Origin: a virus
Lineage: Duplodnaviria; Caudoviricetes
Length of the DNA: 64,000 nucleotides
Reading direction: 5' to 3' (one strand)
IMG/VR virus record: IMGVR_UViG_3300020048_000103
Coordinates: 9,272 to 73,271 of that record
Position 1 is the first letter of the stretch. Each line of letters begins with the position of its first letter. Made by a program: the position numbers and the translations under genes. The notes beneath the pieces are model-generated. The model was not told where the DNA came from and did no database searches. It worked only from the letters and a program-made list of their open reading frames with translations. Shown here piece by piece: positions 36,959-46,603 of the stretch.

Positions 36959-37558
36959 ATGTGTTTAAAGTTAAATTTTAAAAACCAAATTCCTCTTGAA
37001 ACTCTTGAGGATATTGTAGTTTACAAAACAGTAATTAAAGTTAAAGAAATTTCTTTAGACTGTCAAAATATCGAAGATCTTCACGGAGTTCCTTTTAAAG
37101 GAATGATATTAGATGAAGAATTTGAAGGTATACTTTCTGTAAAAGAGGATAAAGTTTTTCTTTGTACTAATTATGCATGGGGATTATTTTGTGATGAAAA
37201 ATTTGGATTTAAGTATTCTTGGGTTTTTACTGACTCAGTTACATCATTAATTGTAAATGATGTAGAATTAGTAAAAATTAGTTTTAGTTTTGAAACTCCT
37301 TTCAGAAATTATCCAATTGAAATTGGAAATACTTATACATCTAAACTTGTAAAGAAAGGTGATAATATTGAAGAAGGATTACACTCTTTTGAATTTGCCA
37401 GAGATGCCAAATTAACCAATTGGGCACTTTGGTATGATGAAGGTACTATTGTTAAATGTATTATTCCTAAGGGAAGCACATATTATAAGGGAACTTTTGA
37501 TGGAGATTCCTCTTATGCTTCTGATGCTTTAACTTATGTAGAAATTGTTCAATCTTAA
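36959..37558 (+). CDS. MCL-family paralog 8 (long form)
   Basis: As paralog 7. Confidence 0.8.
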   Translation: MCLKLNFKNQIPLETLEDIVVYKTVIKVKEISLDCQNIEDLHGVPFKGMILDEEFEGILSVKEDKVFLCTNYAWGLFCDEKFGFKYSWVFTDSVTSLIVNDVELVKISFSFETPFRNYPIEIGNTYTSKLVKKGDNIEEGLHSFEFARDAKLTNWALWYDEGTIVKCIIPKGSTYYKGTFDGDSSYASDALTYVEIVQS

Positions 37559-37569
37559 ATAATAACAAT

Positions 37570-38175
37570 ATGTGTTTAAAATTACATTCTGATATTACAT
37601 TACCGTTAATAGCTAAAGAAGATATAACGGTATATAAACATTTAGAATCTTTTATTGAAAAGGTTTTAAATATTGATGATTTATCTTCTTTACATGGAAA
37701 AGAATTTAAAGGAATTATATATAATAATGATTGTGGAGGTATTATCAGTGTTGCTAATAAAAACCTTTACTTGTGTACTAACGACTCGATGTTAGACGGA
37801 AATTACTGTGGAGAAAAATTTGGGTATAGTTTTTCTTGGCAACTTGATTGTGAAGTTAGTTCAGTAACTGTTAATAATGTGGAATTAATGACAAGCAAAA
37901 AAGTCTTAAGAACTCCTTTTAGAGAATTTGAAGTTGAAATTGGTGAATCATATACATCTGAAATACAAAGATGTGAGAATACAATAGAAAAAGGATTGCA
38001 TTCTTTTAAAGATTTATCTGATACTATAAATTTTAGCGAAGGATTTCGTACTTCAGGAATACCAGTTATTGTTAAATGTGTAATACCAAAAGGAAGTTTA
38101 TATTATGAAGGGACTTTTAAAAATTGTGTATCATATGCTTCTGACTATTTAAAATATGTAGAGATAATACATTAA
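37570..38175 (+). CDS. MCL-family paralog 9 (long form)
   Basis: As paralog 7. Confidence 0.8.
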   Translation: MCLKLHSDITLPLIAKEDITVYKHLESFIEKVLNIDDLSSLHGKEFKGIIYNNDCGGIISVANKNLYLCTNDSMLDGNYCGEKFGYSFSWQLDCEVSSVTVNNVELMTSKKVLRTPFREFEVEIGESYTSEIQRCENTIEKGLHSFKDLSDTINFSEGFRTSGIPVIVKCVIPKGSLYYEGTFKNCVSYASDYLKYVEIIH

Positions 38176-38176
38176 T

Positions 38177-38527
38177 ATGTTACCAAATAAATTATTTTTT
38201 AGAGTTGGAAATTTTGATACTAGACAAGGTCTTTGGTATGATCAAGAAGGTAATTTTACTGGATTGATTCATAATGAACTTAATTTTTGTACTTGTTCAG
38301 AAGTCTTAATGGATTTTGATGAAGAAGTTTGCGGGTATTTATCTTGCACAGAGTCTCTAGAAGATTTATATAGATGGTTTTCTAGAGACGACTTGAAATC
38401 TTTAGCAGAACATGGTTATAAAATTTATCTATATTCTGCTGAAGATTATATGTATTATGACAGATTTGAACATTACTTAATAAACCAAAAAACTTCCAAA
38501 ATCATAGGAACAATATGTCCATATTAA
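38177..38527 (+). CDS. Hypothetical protein, possible ADP-ribosyltransferase-like fold
   Basis: FFRV...GLWY...GYLSCT...WF pattern. Fold call is speculative. Confidence 0.5.
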   Translation: MLPNKLFFRVGNFDTRQGLWYDQEGNFTGLIHNELNFCTCSEVLMDFDEEVCGYLSCTESLEDLYRWFSRDDLKSLAEHGYKIYLYSAEDYMYYDRFEHYLINQKTSKIIGTICPY

Positions 38528-38943
38528 GAGCAGTTGATAGAGCTTATAAACTCTTAGAAGAACGCAATTGGGATACTATTTATTGGGCAATTGACTTGCA
38601 CGATACTTGCATAGTATCCAATTATAAAAACAATGAATTTTCTTGGATAAATGAAGATGTTTTAAAAACTCTTACTTTAATCAGGAATTTACCTGAAAGT
38701 AAAATAATTATATGGAGTGCATGTCATACTCCTACTAAATTAGCTGTGTCTAGGTTTTTTAGAAAACATGGGATCTATTTTAATTATTTTAACCAAAACA
38801 TAGAGGTAGAAAATACTACTACTGGAAACTTTAGTGAAAAGTTTTATTTCTCAATTTTAATTGATGATAAAGCTGGATTTGATCCACATTCAGATTGGAA
38901 AGCCATTTATGAATATTTAATAAATAGACAAAATGGAACCTGA
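38515..38943 (+). CDS. HAD-superfamily phosphatase-like protein
   Basis: AIDLHDT, IIWSA, LIDDKA. Confidence 0.75.
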   Translation: MSILRAVDRAYKLLEERNWDTIYWAIDLHDTCIVSNYKNNEFSWINEDVLKTLTLIRNLPESKIIIWSACHTPTKLAVSRFFRKHGIYFNYFNQNIEVENTTTGNFSEKFYFSILIDDKAGFDPHSDWKAIYEYLINRQNGT

Positions 38944-39164
38944 TTTTAATGAGTTGTTAAAAGAAGCTCAAGTTTATATTCCTAAACTTAATATAAAAAT
39001 TACTCTTGAAAAAATAGTTTTTTATTATGATAAGGAGGAAATAGCTACATTTGAAGGGCCACATATGGTATATTCTGCTTTTGCTTATACTTATGGTATT
39101 ACACATGCAGCAACAATTTTAATACATGGCACATAAAAGATTTCTTAATAACTAAAATTTATTT

Positions 39165-40562
39165 ATGAATCCTACAACATCGACAGATGCTTATAAATTA
39201 ACTCATTGGCTTCAAAGACCTTATGGTCTAACTAGTTTTTATGACTATGGTGAAGCTAGAAAGGGCGGAGAACATGATTTCATACTTTATTATGGTATGA
39301 ACTTTATACTAAAAAAGTATTTTATGACTAAAGTTACCGCTGACAATATTGAAAGAGGTAGACTAAGGGCTTTAAATACTTTTGGGACAGATAAATATTT
39401 TCCAAAAGAAATTTGGGAAAAAGTGAGAAAATTAGGATACTATCCACTAAGGATAAAAGCTGCTAAAGAAGGTACTTTAATACCTACTTCTAATGTATGC
39501 TTTACTGTGGAAGCTACTGTAGATTGGTTTGCTCCAATGGTTTCTCATTTTGAAGACTGGCTTATGTGGCATTGGTATTCTACTGCTGTTGCTACAAGAA
39601 TGTTTTACGTTAAAAAAGAAATCCTTCCCTACTTTGAAAAATCTATGGAAGTTCCATTTTTAGATTATGCAGTAAATGATTTTGGGTATAGAGGCGGGTC
39701 GTTTCATGAAGCCGCTGCTATCGGAGGTTCTGCACATTTAATATCTTTTAATGGTACTGACAATTTGTCTGCTTGTGATTTAATACAGGATTACTATAAT
39801 TACGCTAATGCTGGTAATTCTGTTTGGGCTACTGAACATAGTGTTGCAACTGTTTGGGGAGCTGGTGAGGGAGAATATGATTATATCAAAGCTCAATTAC
39901 AGCGTTCTGAACAACATTTGCCTATAAGTATTGTAATAGATTCTTATGATGCAGATAACTTTATGTATAATGTGATTACAAGACCCGATGTTAAGAAATT
40001 GATTATTGAAAGACCTGGAAGAGTTATATTCAGACCAGACAGCAATGATCCTTTGATTAATATGTTAAAGTATACTGATGTATTAGCTGCCAATTTTGGA
40101 TTTCATATTAATAGAAAAAACTATAAAATATTGAATGAAAATATTGGGTTGCTTCAAGGCGATGGTATGAATCAAAAATCTATTCCAGAATTGTATAAAA
40201 TGTATACTAATTCTGGTTGGAGTGCTGAGAATTTTAATACCGGTTCTGGAGGAGGTATTTTAGAAGATGGTTTAACAAGAGATACTGATAGGTGGGCTAT
40301 AAAAGTTTCATATGCTGAAATTAATGGCGTTCCTATTAATGTTTCTAAAACTCCTCAATCTGATTTATCTAAATCTTCAAAGCCTGGTAAATTAAAATTA
40401 CATCATTCTAACGGTCATTTTAGCACTTTCTCTTCTGCTGATAATTCTAAAGTAATGTTCAATGCTTATATAGATTCTCTTGAAACAGTCTATGAAGATG
40501 GGAATTTATTAAGAGATGAAAACTTTTTAGATATTAGAAAAAGAGCAAATAGTTTTTTATGA
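39165..40562 (+). CDS. nadV: Nicotinamide phosphoribosyltransferase (Nampt)
   Basis: TDAYKLTH, DFGYRG, GTDN, ATEHSV, DSYD, IFRPDS, QGDGM, GSGGG, KSSKPG. Confidence 0.93.
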   Translation: MNPTTSTDAYKLTHWLQRPYGLTSFYDYGEARKGGEHDFILYYGMNFILKKYFMTKVTADNIERGRLRALNTFGTDKYFPKEIWEKVRKLGYYPLRIKAAKEGTLIPTSNVCFTVEATVDWFAPMVSHFEDWLMWHWYSTAVATRMFYVKKEILPYFEKSMEVPFLDYAVNDFGYRGGSFHEAAAIGGSAHLISFNGTDNLSACDLIQDYYNYANAGNSVWATEHSVATVWGAGEGEYDYIKAQLQRSEQHLPISIVIDSYDADNFMYNVITRPDVKKLIIERPGRVIFRPDSNDPLINMLKYTDVLAANFGFHINRKNYKILNENIGLLQGDGMNQKSIPELYKMYTNSGWSAENFNTGSGGGILEDGLTRDTDRWAIKVSYAEINGVPINVSKTPQSDLSKSSKPGKLKLHHSNGHFSTFSSADNSKVMFNAYIDSLETVYEDGNLLRDENFLDIRKRANSFL

Positions 40563-40963
40563 TCGCAATATATACAGACGGAGCATATTCCCCTTCCAGA
40601 GATGTTGGGGGAATTGCTTTCGTAGTATTAGAAGATGAAAAGAAAATTCATGTAGGATTTTACTCTGTACCTAATACTACTAATAATAGAATGGAAATTC
40701 AAGCTGCTATAGCTGCTTGTGAATGGTCCGTTGAACAACAATATAGTGAAATAACAATATATACAGATTCAATGTATATAATTGGCACTATGACTAAAAA
40801 TTGGAAAAGAAATGTCAATTCAGATTTATGGGCAATTTTAGATTCTTTAGTATCTAAAGTTACTGTCAATTGGAAGCATGTTAAAGGACATTCTGGTAAT
40901 AAATACAATGAATTGTGTGATGCATTAGCTGTAGAAGCTTCAAAAGTAGAACACAATAATTAA
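40559..40963 (+). CDS. rnhA: Ribonuclease HI
   Basis: YTDGA, TTNNRMEIQA, TDSMY, WKHVKGHSG...NELCDALA. Confidence 0.95.
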   Translation: MIAIYTDGAYSPSRDVGGIAFVVLEDEKKIHVGFYSVPNTTNNRMEIQAAIAACEWSVEQQYSEITIYTDSMYIIGTMTKNWKRNVNSDLWAILDSLVSKVTVNWKHVKGHSGNKYNELCDALAVEASKVEHNN

Positions 40964-40981
40964 ATTATAAATTTTAATTAT

Positions 40982-41365
40982 ATGGATCTGAGTACAACAA
41001 TTATTATTCTTTGGATATTATGTATTCATTATGTAGCTGATTTTATATATCAGGACGAAAAATGGGCAGTTAATAAATGGAATGATTTCCAAGCTTTAAT
41101 AAGCCATACTTTAGTTTATTCTACTTTACTTACAGCAGGTGTATATTCATTCTTAACCCCTGTTAATTTACTGTATTTCTTTTTAATTACTTTATTTACT
41201 CATACTTCTGTTGATTATGTTACCAGTAAAATAGTACATAATATGTTTGAAAAGAAACATTATGGAAGTGAAATCCCTAATTTTGGAGGATTTTCCATAA
41301 TAGGACTAGATCAGTTAATCCATTTCTTTACTTTAATTTTAACTTTTTATTATTTATATGAGTAG
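40982..41365 (+). CDS. Membrane protein, DUF3307-like
   Basis: HYVADFIYQ, H, THTSVD, GLDQLIH. Confidence 0.8.
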   Translation: MDLSTTIIILWILCIHYVADFIYQDEKWAVNKWNDFQALISHTLVYSTLLTAGVYSFLTPVNLLYFFLITLFTHTSVDYVTSKIVHNMFEKKHYGSEIPNFGGFSIIGLDQLIHFFTLILTFYYLYE

Positions 41366-41912
41366 GACAATAGTAGAGAAAAATCCTGAAAATATAGCAA
41401 TTATTGATGTTTTTTCAAGATTAATTCAAGATAGAATAATCTTTATTGGAGAAGTCATTGATGATTATCTTTCAAATGAAGTAATTGCACAAATGCTTTA
41501 TTTAGACTCTAAAAATACTAAAGACCCAATAAACGTTTATATAAATACTCCTGGAGGAAGTGTTCCTGCAGGTTTAGCTATTTATGATGTTGCAAATTTG
41601 ATAAAAGCTCCAATAATTACTACTGCATTAGGAACGTGTGCAAGTATGGGAGTTATATTGCTTTTAATGGGTAGTAAAAGATATGCCACAAAACACACTA
41701 GATTAATGGCACATCAACCTTCTGGCGGTGTCATTGGTACAGCAAGTGAAATTGGTATAACTTATGAAGAAATTCAGAAGTATAAAAAATACCTTTATGA
41801 TATTATAGAGTCTAAAACTAATATTAATAATTCTGAAGAATTGTTTAAAAACGATTATTGGATGAGTGCTGAAGAAGCTCTTGGGAAAGGTTTTATAACT
41901 AAAATTCTATGA
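41358..41912 (+). CDS. clpP: ClpP protease subunit
   Basis: RLIQDRIIF, INTPGGSV..GLAIYD, CASMG, AHQPSGG, D.WMSAEEA. Confidence 0.93.
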   Translation: MSRTIVEKNPENIAIIDVFSRLIQDRIIFIGEVIDDYLSNEVIAQMLYLDSKNTKDPINVYINTPGGSVPAGLAIYDVANLIKAPIITTALGTCASMGVILLLMGSKRYATKHTRLMAHQPSGGVIGTASEIGITYEEIQKYKKYLYDIIESKTNINNSEELFKNDYWMSAEEALGKGFITKIL

Positions 41913-42319
41913 CAGGATCAGTTCGCCAAATAAAGGCTCTTCAAAAAGATATAAAAAAATATATAGATTCTATCAATTATGGTGGATGTGTACATTTTGC
42001 GTATTATTTTTCTAAGAAACTTTCTTATTTAGGTATTAAAAATCATGTTGTCTTTTTAGATAAATCTGATCCTATAAAAATTTCTTATAAAGATTTTGAT
42101 GGAGTTGATCATGCGATGGTGTTTATACCTAATATTGGGTATATTGATGGTTTAAGAATAGTTAAGGATTTTAGAGAACTTAATTATAGGTATATAAAGT
42201 CTAAAATTCCTTTGACTAAACTTGATAATTTTAGAAATATGGAAGATATATGGTGTTCTGATTATGATACAGAACAAAATTTTCTTTTGCAAGACTTAAT
42301 AAATGAACACATTAGATAA
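41909..42319 (+). CDS. Hypothetical protein
   Basis: INYGGCVHFA...H...D pattern (Cys-His-Asp, papain-like fold possible). Confidence 0.6.
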   Translation: MTGSVRQIKALQKDIKKYIDSINYGGCVHFAYYFSKKLSYLGIKNHVVFLDKSDPIKISYKDFDGVDHAMVFIPNIGYIDGLRIVKDFRELNYRYIKSKIPLTKLDNFRNMEDIWCSDYDTEQNFLLQDLINEHIR

Positions 42320-43123
42320 TATTTTTATAAAAAAGGGCAAATGTGTAGTAATTGATAATAACAATCAATTTACTTATGAAGTATTCGTTCACTGCAGATT
42401 TAAGAATTATTTTTCTGTTGCAAATAGTGAATTATATTGCTCTAAAAATGAGATAAAAAATATTGTTGAAAGATTCAAAATAGATGATAGCATTAGCATA
42501 GTATGCGAATTGTTTTCTGCTCCTTTATGGTGGCTAATAGAGAATAGTTACATAAAATATGTTAAGCCTGTAAAACAAGTAAAAACTAAACCTATCAAAA
42601 AATGAATTATTTAATTTTTGATTCTGAAGGAGAAATGCTAGATGTTATTAACATTGACTCCAATGAGCATTATGATGCTTATTTATTACAAAACCCCGAT
42701 CATACTTTAGTTCAAGAAAATGAACTTCAAGAAGAAGAGTTTGATGATGACATCTATTATGATGATGATGGAGAAGATGATTGGGAAGAAACTGATCAAA
42801 CCGAAGATGACTGGAACGATGTTCCTTAATGATAGATTATGTAGAACTAGTATCAGTTAGAGAAGGGACATATACTATATATGTGTTCCAAAATATAAAT
42901 ACAAAAGAATTTATAATGTGTACTAAACTTCCAAATTGGAATACTCCTTCAGTTTTAATAGGAGATAAAGGATTTTTAAATTATAATCTGGTTAAGGCCG
43001 GAGACACTTATTTTAATCCTAGTTTAGACAAAGATTGTAAATATCTATACTCTAACGTATACTTTATCGACTTTGTAATAGATAATAAAATTATACACAA
43101 GAATGAAATAATCTTATAAAGAT

Positions 43124-43945
43124 ATGAGTAAACAAGAAACCCCTGCACTAGAATCTTTTATTTGGAAAGGTACAAAAGTATTGGATCAAACTGGTCGATA
43201 CGTACAAAGTGAAAAACGCTTAGTTGATATGAATGAGTCAGAACTGCAAAGTTGCTACACTCATTGTAAGACTATGTTGTTTAATAAAGACCCTCAGAAG
43301 CCGGGCAGATATACGGTACTTGAGCTGATAAATGACCAAAAAGATAGATGTGGTGCGGAATTGTTTTTAAGATATATTGAAACTGAGAAAACTCTTAGTA
43401 GATTCAGTTTAGTAGGTCTTATAAATACTTTCTTATCGAACAACAAAGAAGCATTAAAAAATATTAAACCAGTTGTTGGAATGATGTTTGATAATGTTCC
43501 TGATGAATTTGAAAAAGTTCCTGTAAGTTTAGTTATTGACGGATGCTTAGATAGACTAAGAGCCTTTGATAAAAAACATATTACCAGAACTTTTATTTTA
43601 AAACAAGGTATTTGGCTAACTCCGGCAGAATCCAAAGAATTGAGTGAATATGTGAAAACAAACAGTATCGCTGATAAATTGTTAATTATCAGAGAAAGAC
43701 TTAACATTAAAGAAGAAGAAAAACTTCACTTAAATTCTAGAGGATTAAGCTACACTCAAATGAGAGCAATGCTTACTATTAAACCTAATAAAAAATATAG
43801 AGATCTTACTACTGTCCAATTGGAAGTTTTAAGAACTCGTATTCTTTTCACTCTTGAAGAAGCTGTATTAGAACATATAGAATCTTGGGAAAATAGAATG
43901 GAAGAGATTGAATTAGTTGCTGGCGATAAAAATTATAAATTATAA
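43124..43945 (+). CDS. Conserved hypothetical protein upstream of the polymerase
   Basis: 273-aa ORF. Confidence 0.75.
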   Translation: MSKQETPALESFIWKGTKVLDQTGRYVQSEKRLVDMNESELQSCYTHCKTMLFNKDPQKPGRYTVLELINDQKDRCGAELFLRYIETEKTLSRFSLVGLINTFLSNNKEALKNIKPVVGMMFDNVPDEFEKVPVSLVIDGCLDRLRAFDKKHITRTFILKQGIWLTPAESKELSEYVKTNSIADKLLIIRERLNIKEEEKLHLNSRGLSYTQMRAMLTIKPNKKYRDLTTVQLEVLRTRILFTLEEAVLEHIESWENRMEEIELVAGDKNYKL

Positions 43946-44544
43946 TGAAAAGATTCTTAATAGAATGTTCCACGAATTGGTGTGGAGAAGAAGCAATATT
44001 TTCTGCATATGCTGAACAAGCATCTGATCTTGATCCTATTGCTGCAGAATGTGCTTATGATAATTTTAATGATTACCCTCAAACTGGACATGAAGGAGTT
44101 TTAGAAGATCTATTTCCAGGAGTTGAAGAATATACTGATGAAATGCATGACGAAGCTTCTGAACAAGAAGGTAATTACTATTTTTATACTATATCAGAAT
44201 GGGATGAAACCAGAGATGAGAAAGAATGGGAATGGTACGATTTAATATACGATGCCAGAGAATCTGAATTTAGTTCTAATTAACATGGATTTTGAAATAT
44301 ATGAATTAGTAGAACATCTTGCTAAAAAAGCAGGATATTGTGAAGGAGAGATTTCAGAAGAAGATTTAGAAGAATTTGTTGAGGATAGATACGGAGTTTC
44401 TTCCGAAACTTTCTCAAAAATAATAAATGATCTTTTACCACTTTGCGATAAAGCGGAATCTCCACTAACAGGTACATTATACCAAGGTTTTGGAACTGAA
44501 CATGTATGGCTTCTTAATAGAAAGTGTTAAAATTTAAATAAAAA

Positions 44545-46527
44545 ATGATATATCTAATTAGTAACAATATATCTCTTTTTGATACTAGTGAATTTGCAGT
44601 AATTAGTTTAAAACAGGGTATAAAACTACTTAGAGGACTGGATATAATATCAGCTGATACTGAAACTGAAGGCTTAGATCCTTACACTAAAAAATTACTA
44701 CTACTACAACTTGGAAATTACGATTTTCAAATTCTTTTTGATATTGTTAGTTATAATAATAAAATCCCTATAGAACTTGTTAATTTTTTAAATACTCACG
44801 ATGCACTTTATATCTTTCAAAATGCAAAGTTTGATTTAAAAATATTATTTCATCAAGGAGTTATTTTAAAGAAAATTTATGATACTATGTTAGCTGAATA
44901 CATTTTAACTAATGGTCTTCAGTATGACGGGCGAGACTTAGGTACCTTAGCTGTTAAGTATTGTAATGTTTATTTAGATAAATCTATAAGGGGTAGAATA
45001 ATAAGGGTAGGATTAAGTACTTCAGTTTTATTATACGGCGCGAATGATATTAAATTATTATCTCTAATTAGAGATGCGCAGCTTATTAAGATAGATGAAT
45101 TGAATCTTAGAAGAGCTTTAGATTTAGACAATTCTTTTGTAGTAGCCTTAGCTTATATTGAGTATTGTGGAATAAAATTAGATCTAAACAAATGGCTTGA
45201 AAATGCACGTAATAATAAAGCGGAATTATACAAGCTAAAGAAAGTATTAGAGGATAGACTTTATTCGGATGGATATACTAAGTATTTTTCTGGAATGTTG
45301 GATATGTTTGATAATACTATAGAATGTATTGTTAATTGGAATTCTCCTCAACAGGTTATTAAAATCTTTAAGGATTATGGAATAAATGTAGTGCTAAAAC
45401 AGAAAGGTCAATCTATAGAAACTGTAGATGCTAAAGTTTTAGAACCCCAAGTTAAAAAGTTTCCCATATTAGAGTTATATTTAAAGTATAAAGAGCTACA
45501 AAAGGAGATTTCTACTTATGGAGAATCTTGGAAGAATTACATAAATCCTGTTACTCAAAGAATACATACTACTTATAAACAGTTAAATGATACTGGAAGA
45601 TTAAGTAGTGGTAGCAAATATGATAAAACTCCTAATTTGCAGAATATTCCAACTCCAAAAGAAGTTAGGTCCTGCTTTATTGCAGATAAAGGTAATGTTA
45701 TGCTTGATGCGGATTATAGTGGGCAGGAGACTATTGTATTAGCTAATGCCAGTCAAGAGCCTAATATTATTGAGTTTTTTAATAGAGGGTTAAATGATAT
45801 GCATTCATATGTTGCATTTTTAATGTATGAAGATATTAGAATTTGTTCTTTACAAGACATTGATAATAATGCTTTAACTTTTATTAAGGATAAACATAAG
45901 GATAAAAGACAGATAGCCAAATCAGCAGGTTTTGCTATTGCATATGGAGGCAATGGATCTACTATTGCTAAAAATTGTAATATTTCTAAGACTGATGGAG
46001 ATTTTGTTTATAATGCTTATTTTGAAGCTTTTCCCAAAATGAAAGGTTATTTTGATTTAGTTTTTAATAGGACTAGTTATTATGGACACATTGAGTTTAA
46101 TAAAATAACTAATAGAAAGTATTTTTTCAATAAAGAGAAAATAGACTATTTCAATCTTTATGACATAGTAAACTCTGATGATTTTTGGCAAACTACTCCG
46201 GATGCTAGAAGCTTATTTAAAAAGTATAATACTTCCAAAAGTGAGATACAACGTTACAGTCAGAATTATCCTATTCAAGGCACAAGTGCTGATATAACAA
46301 AATATGCTACTATATTATTCTTTAAAGAGATTTTAAGAAGAAATTGGTGGTTAAAAGTTAAAATAGTAAATATAATACATGATGAACTTCTTGTTGAATG
46401 TCCAAAAGAAATGGCTGAAGAAGTATTGCCTGTATTAGTATATTGCATGGAAGAAGCCGGAAAACCTTTTTGTAGAACTTTACCTTTAAAAGCAGATGCT
46501 GTCACTGGTGACTATTGGGTGCATTAG
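44545..46527 (+). CDS. polA: Family A DNA polymerase (3'-5' exonuclease + polymerase, no 5'-3' exonuclease)
   Basis: DTET.GLD, QNAKFD, TGRLSS, PNLQNIP, DADYSGQE, AKSAGFAIAYGG, NYPIQGTSAD, IHDE. Confidence 0.96.
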   Translation: MIYLISNNISLFDTSEFAVISLKQGIKLLRGLDIISADTETEGLDPYTKKLLLLQLGNYDFQILFDIVSYNNKIPIELVNFLNTHDALYIFQNAKFDLKILFHQGVILKKIYDTMLAEYILTNGLQYDGRDLGTLAVKYCNVYLDKSIRGRIIRVGLSTSVLLYGANDIKLLSLIRDAQLIKIDELNLRRALDLDNSFVVALAYIEYCGIKLDLNKWLENARNNKAELYKLKKVLEDRLYSDGYTKYFSGMLDMFDNTIECIVNWNSPQQVIKIFKDYGINVVLKQKGQSIETVDAKVLEPQVKKFPILELYLKYKELQKEISTYGESWKNYINPVTQRIHTTYKQLNDTGRLSSGSKYDKTPNLQNIPTPKEVRSCFIADKGNVMLDADYSGQETIVLANASQEPNIIEFFNRGLNDMHSYVAFLMYEDIRICSLQDIDNNALTFIKDKHKDKRQIAKSAGFAIAYGGNGSTIAKNCNISKTDGDFVYNAYFEAFPKMKGYFDLVFNRTSYYGHIEFNKITNRKYFFNKEKIDYFNLYDIVNSDDFWQTTPDARSLFKKYNTSKSEIQRYSQNYPIQGTSADITKYATILFFKEILRRNWWLKVKIVNIIHDELLVECPKEMAEEVLPVLVYCMEEAGKPFCRTLPLKADAVTGDYWVH

Positions 46528-46603
46528 TATTTTTTGGTATTTTTTATGGGAAAATTTTTGTATCTTTGTAATCTGCTCCCGTAAAAATTAAGAACATTAA
46601 ATA

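Noticed and set aside
34216-38175. Diversity-generating retroelement behind the paralog family
   Set aside because: No reverse transcriptase and no template/variable repeat pair with adenine-specific differences. Paralogs diverge throughout.
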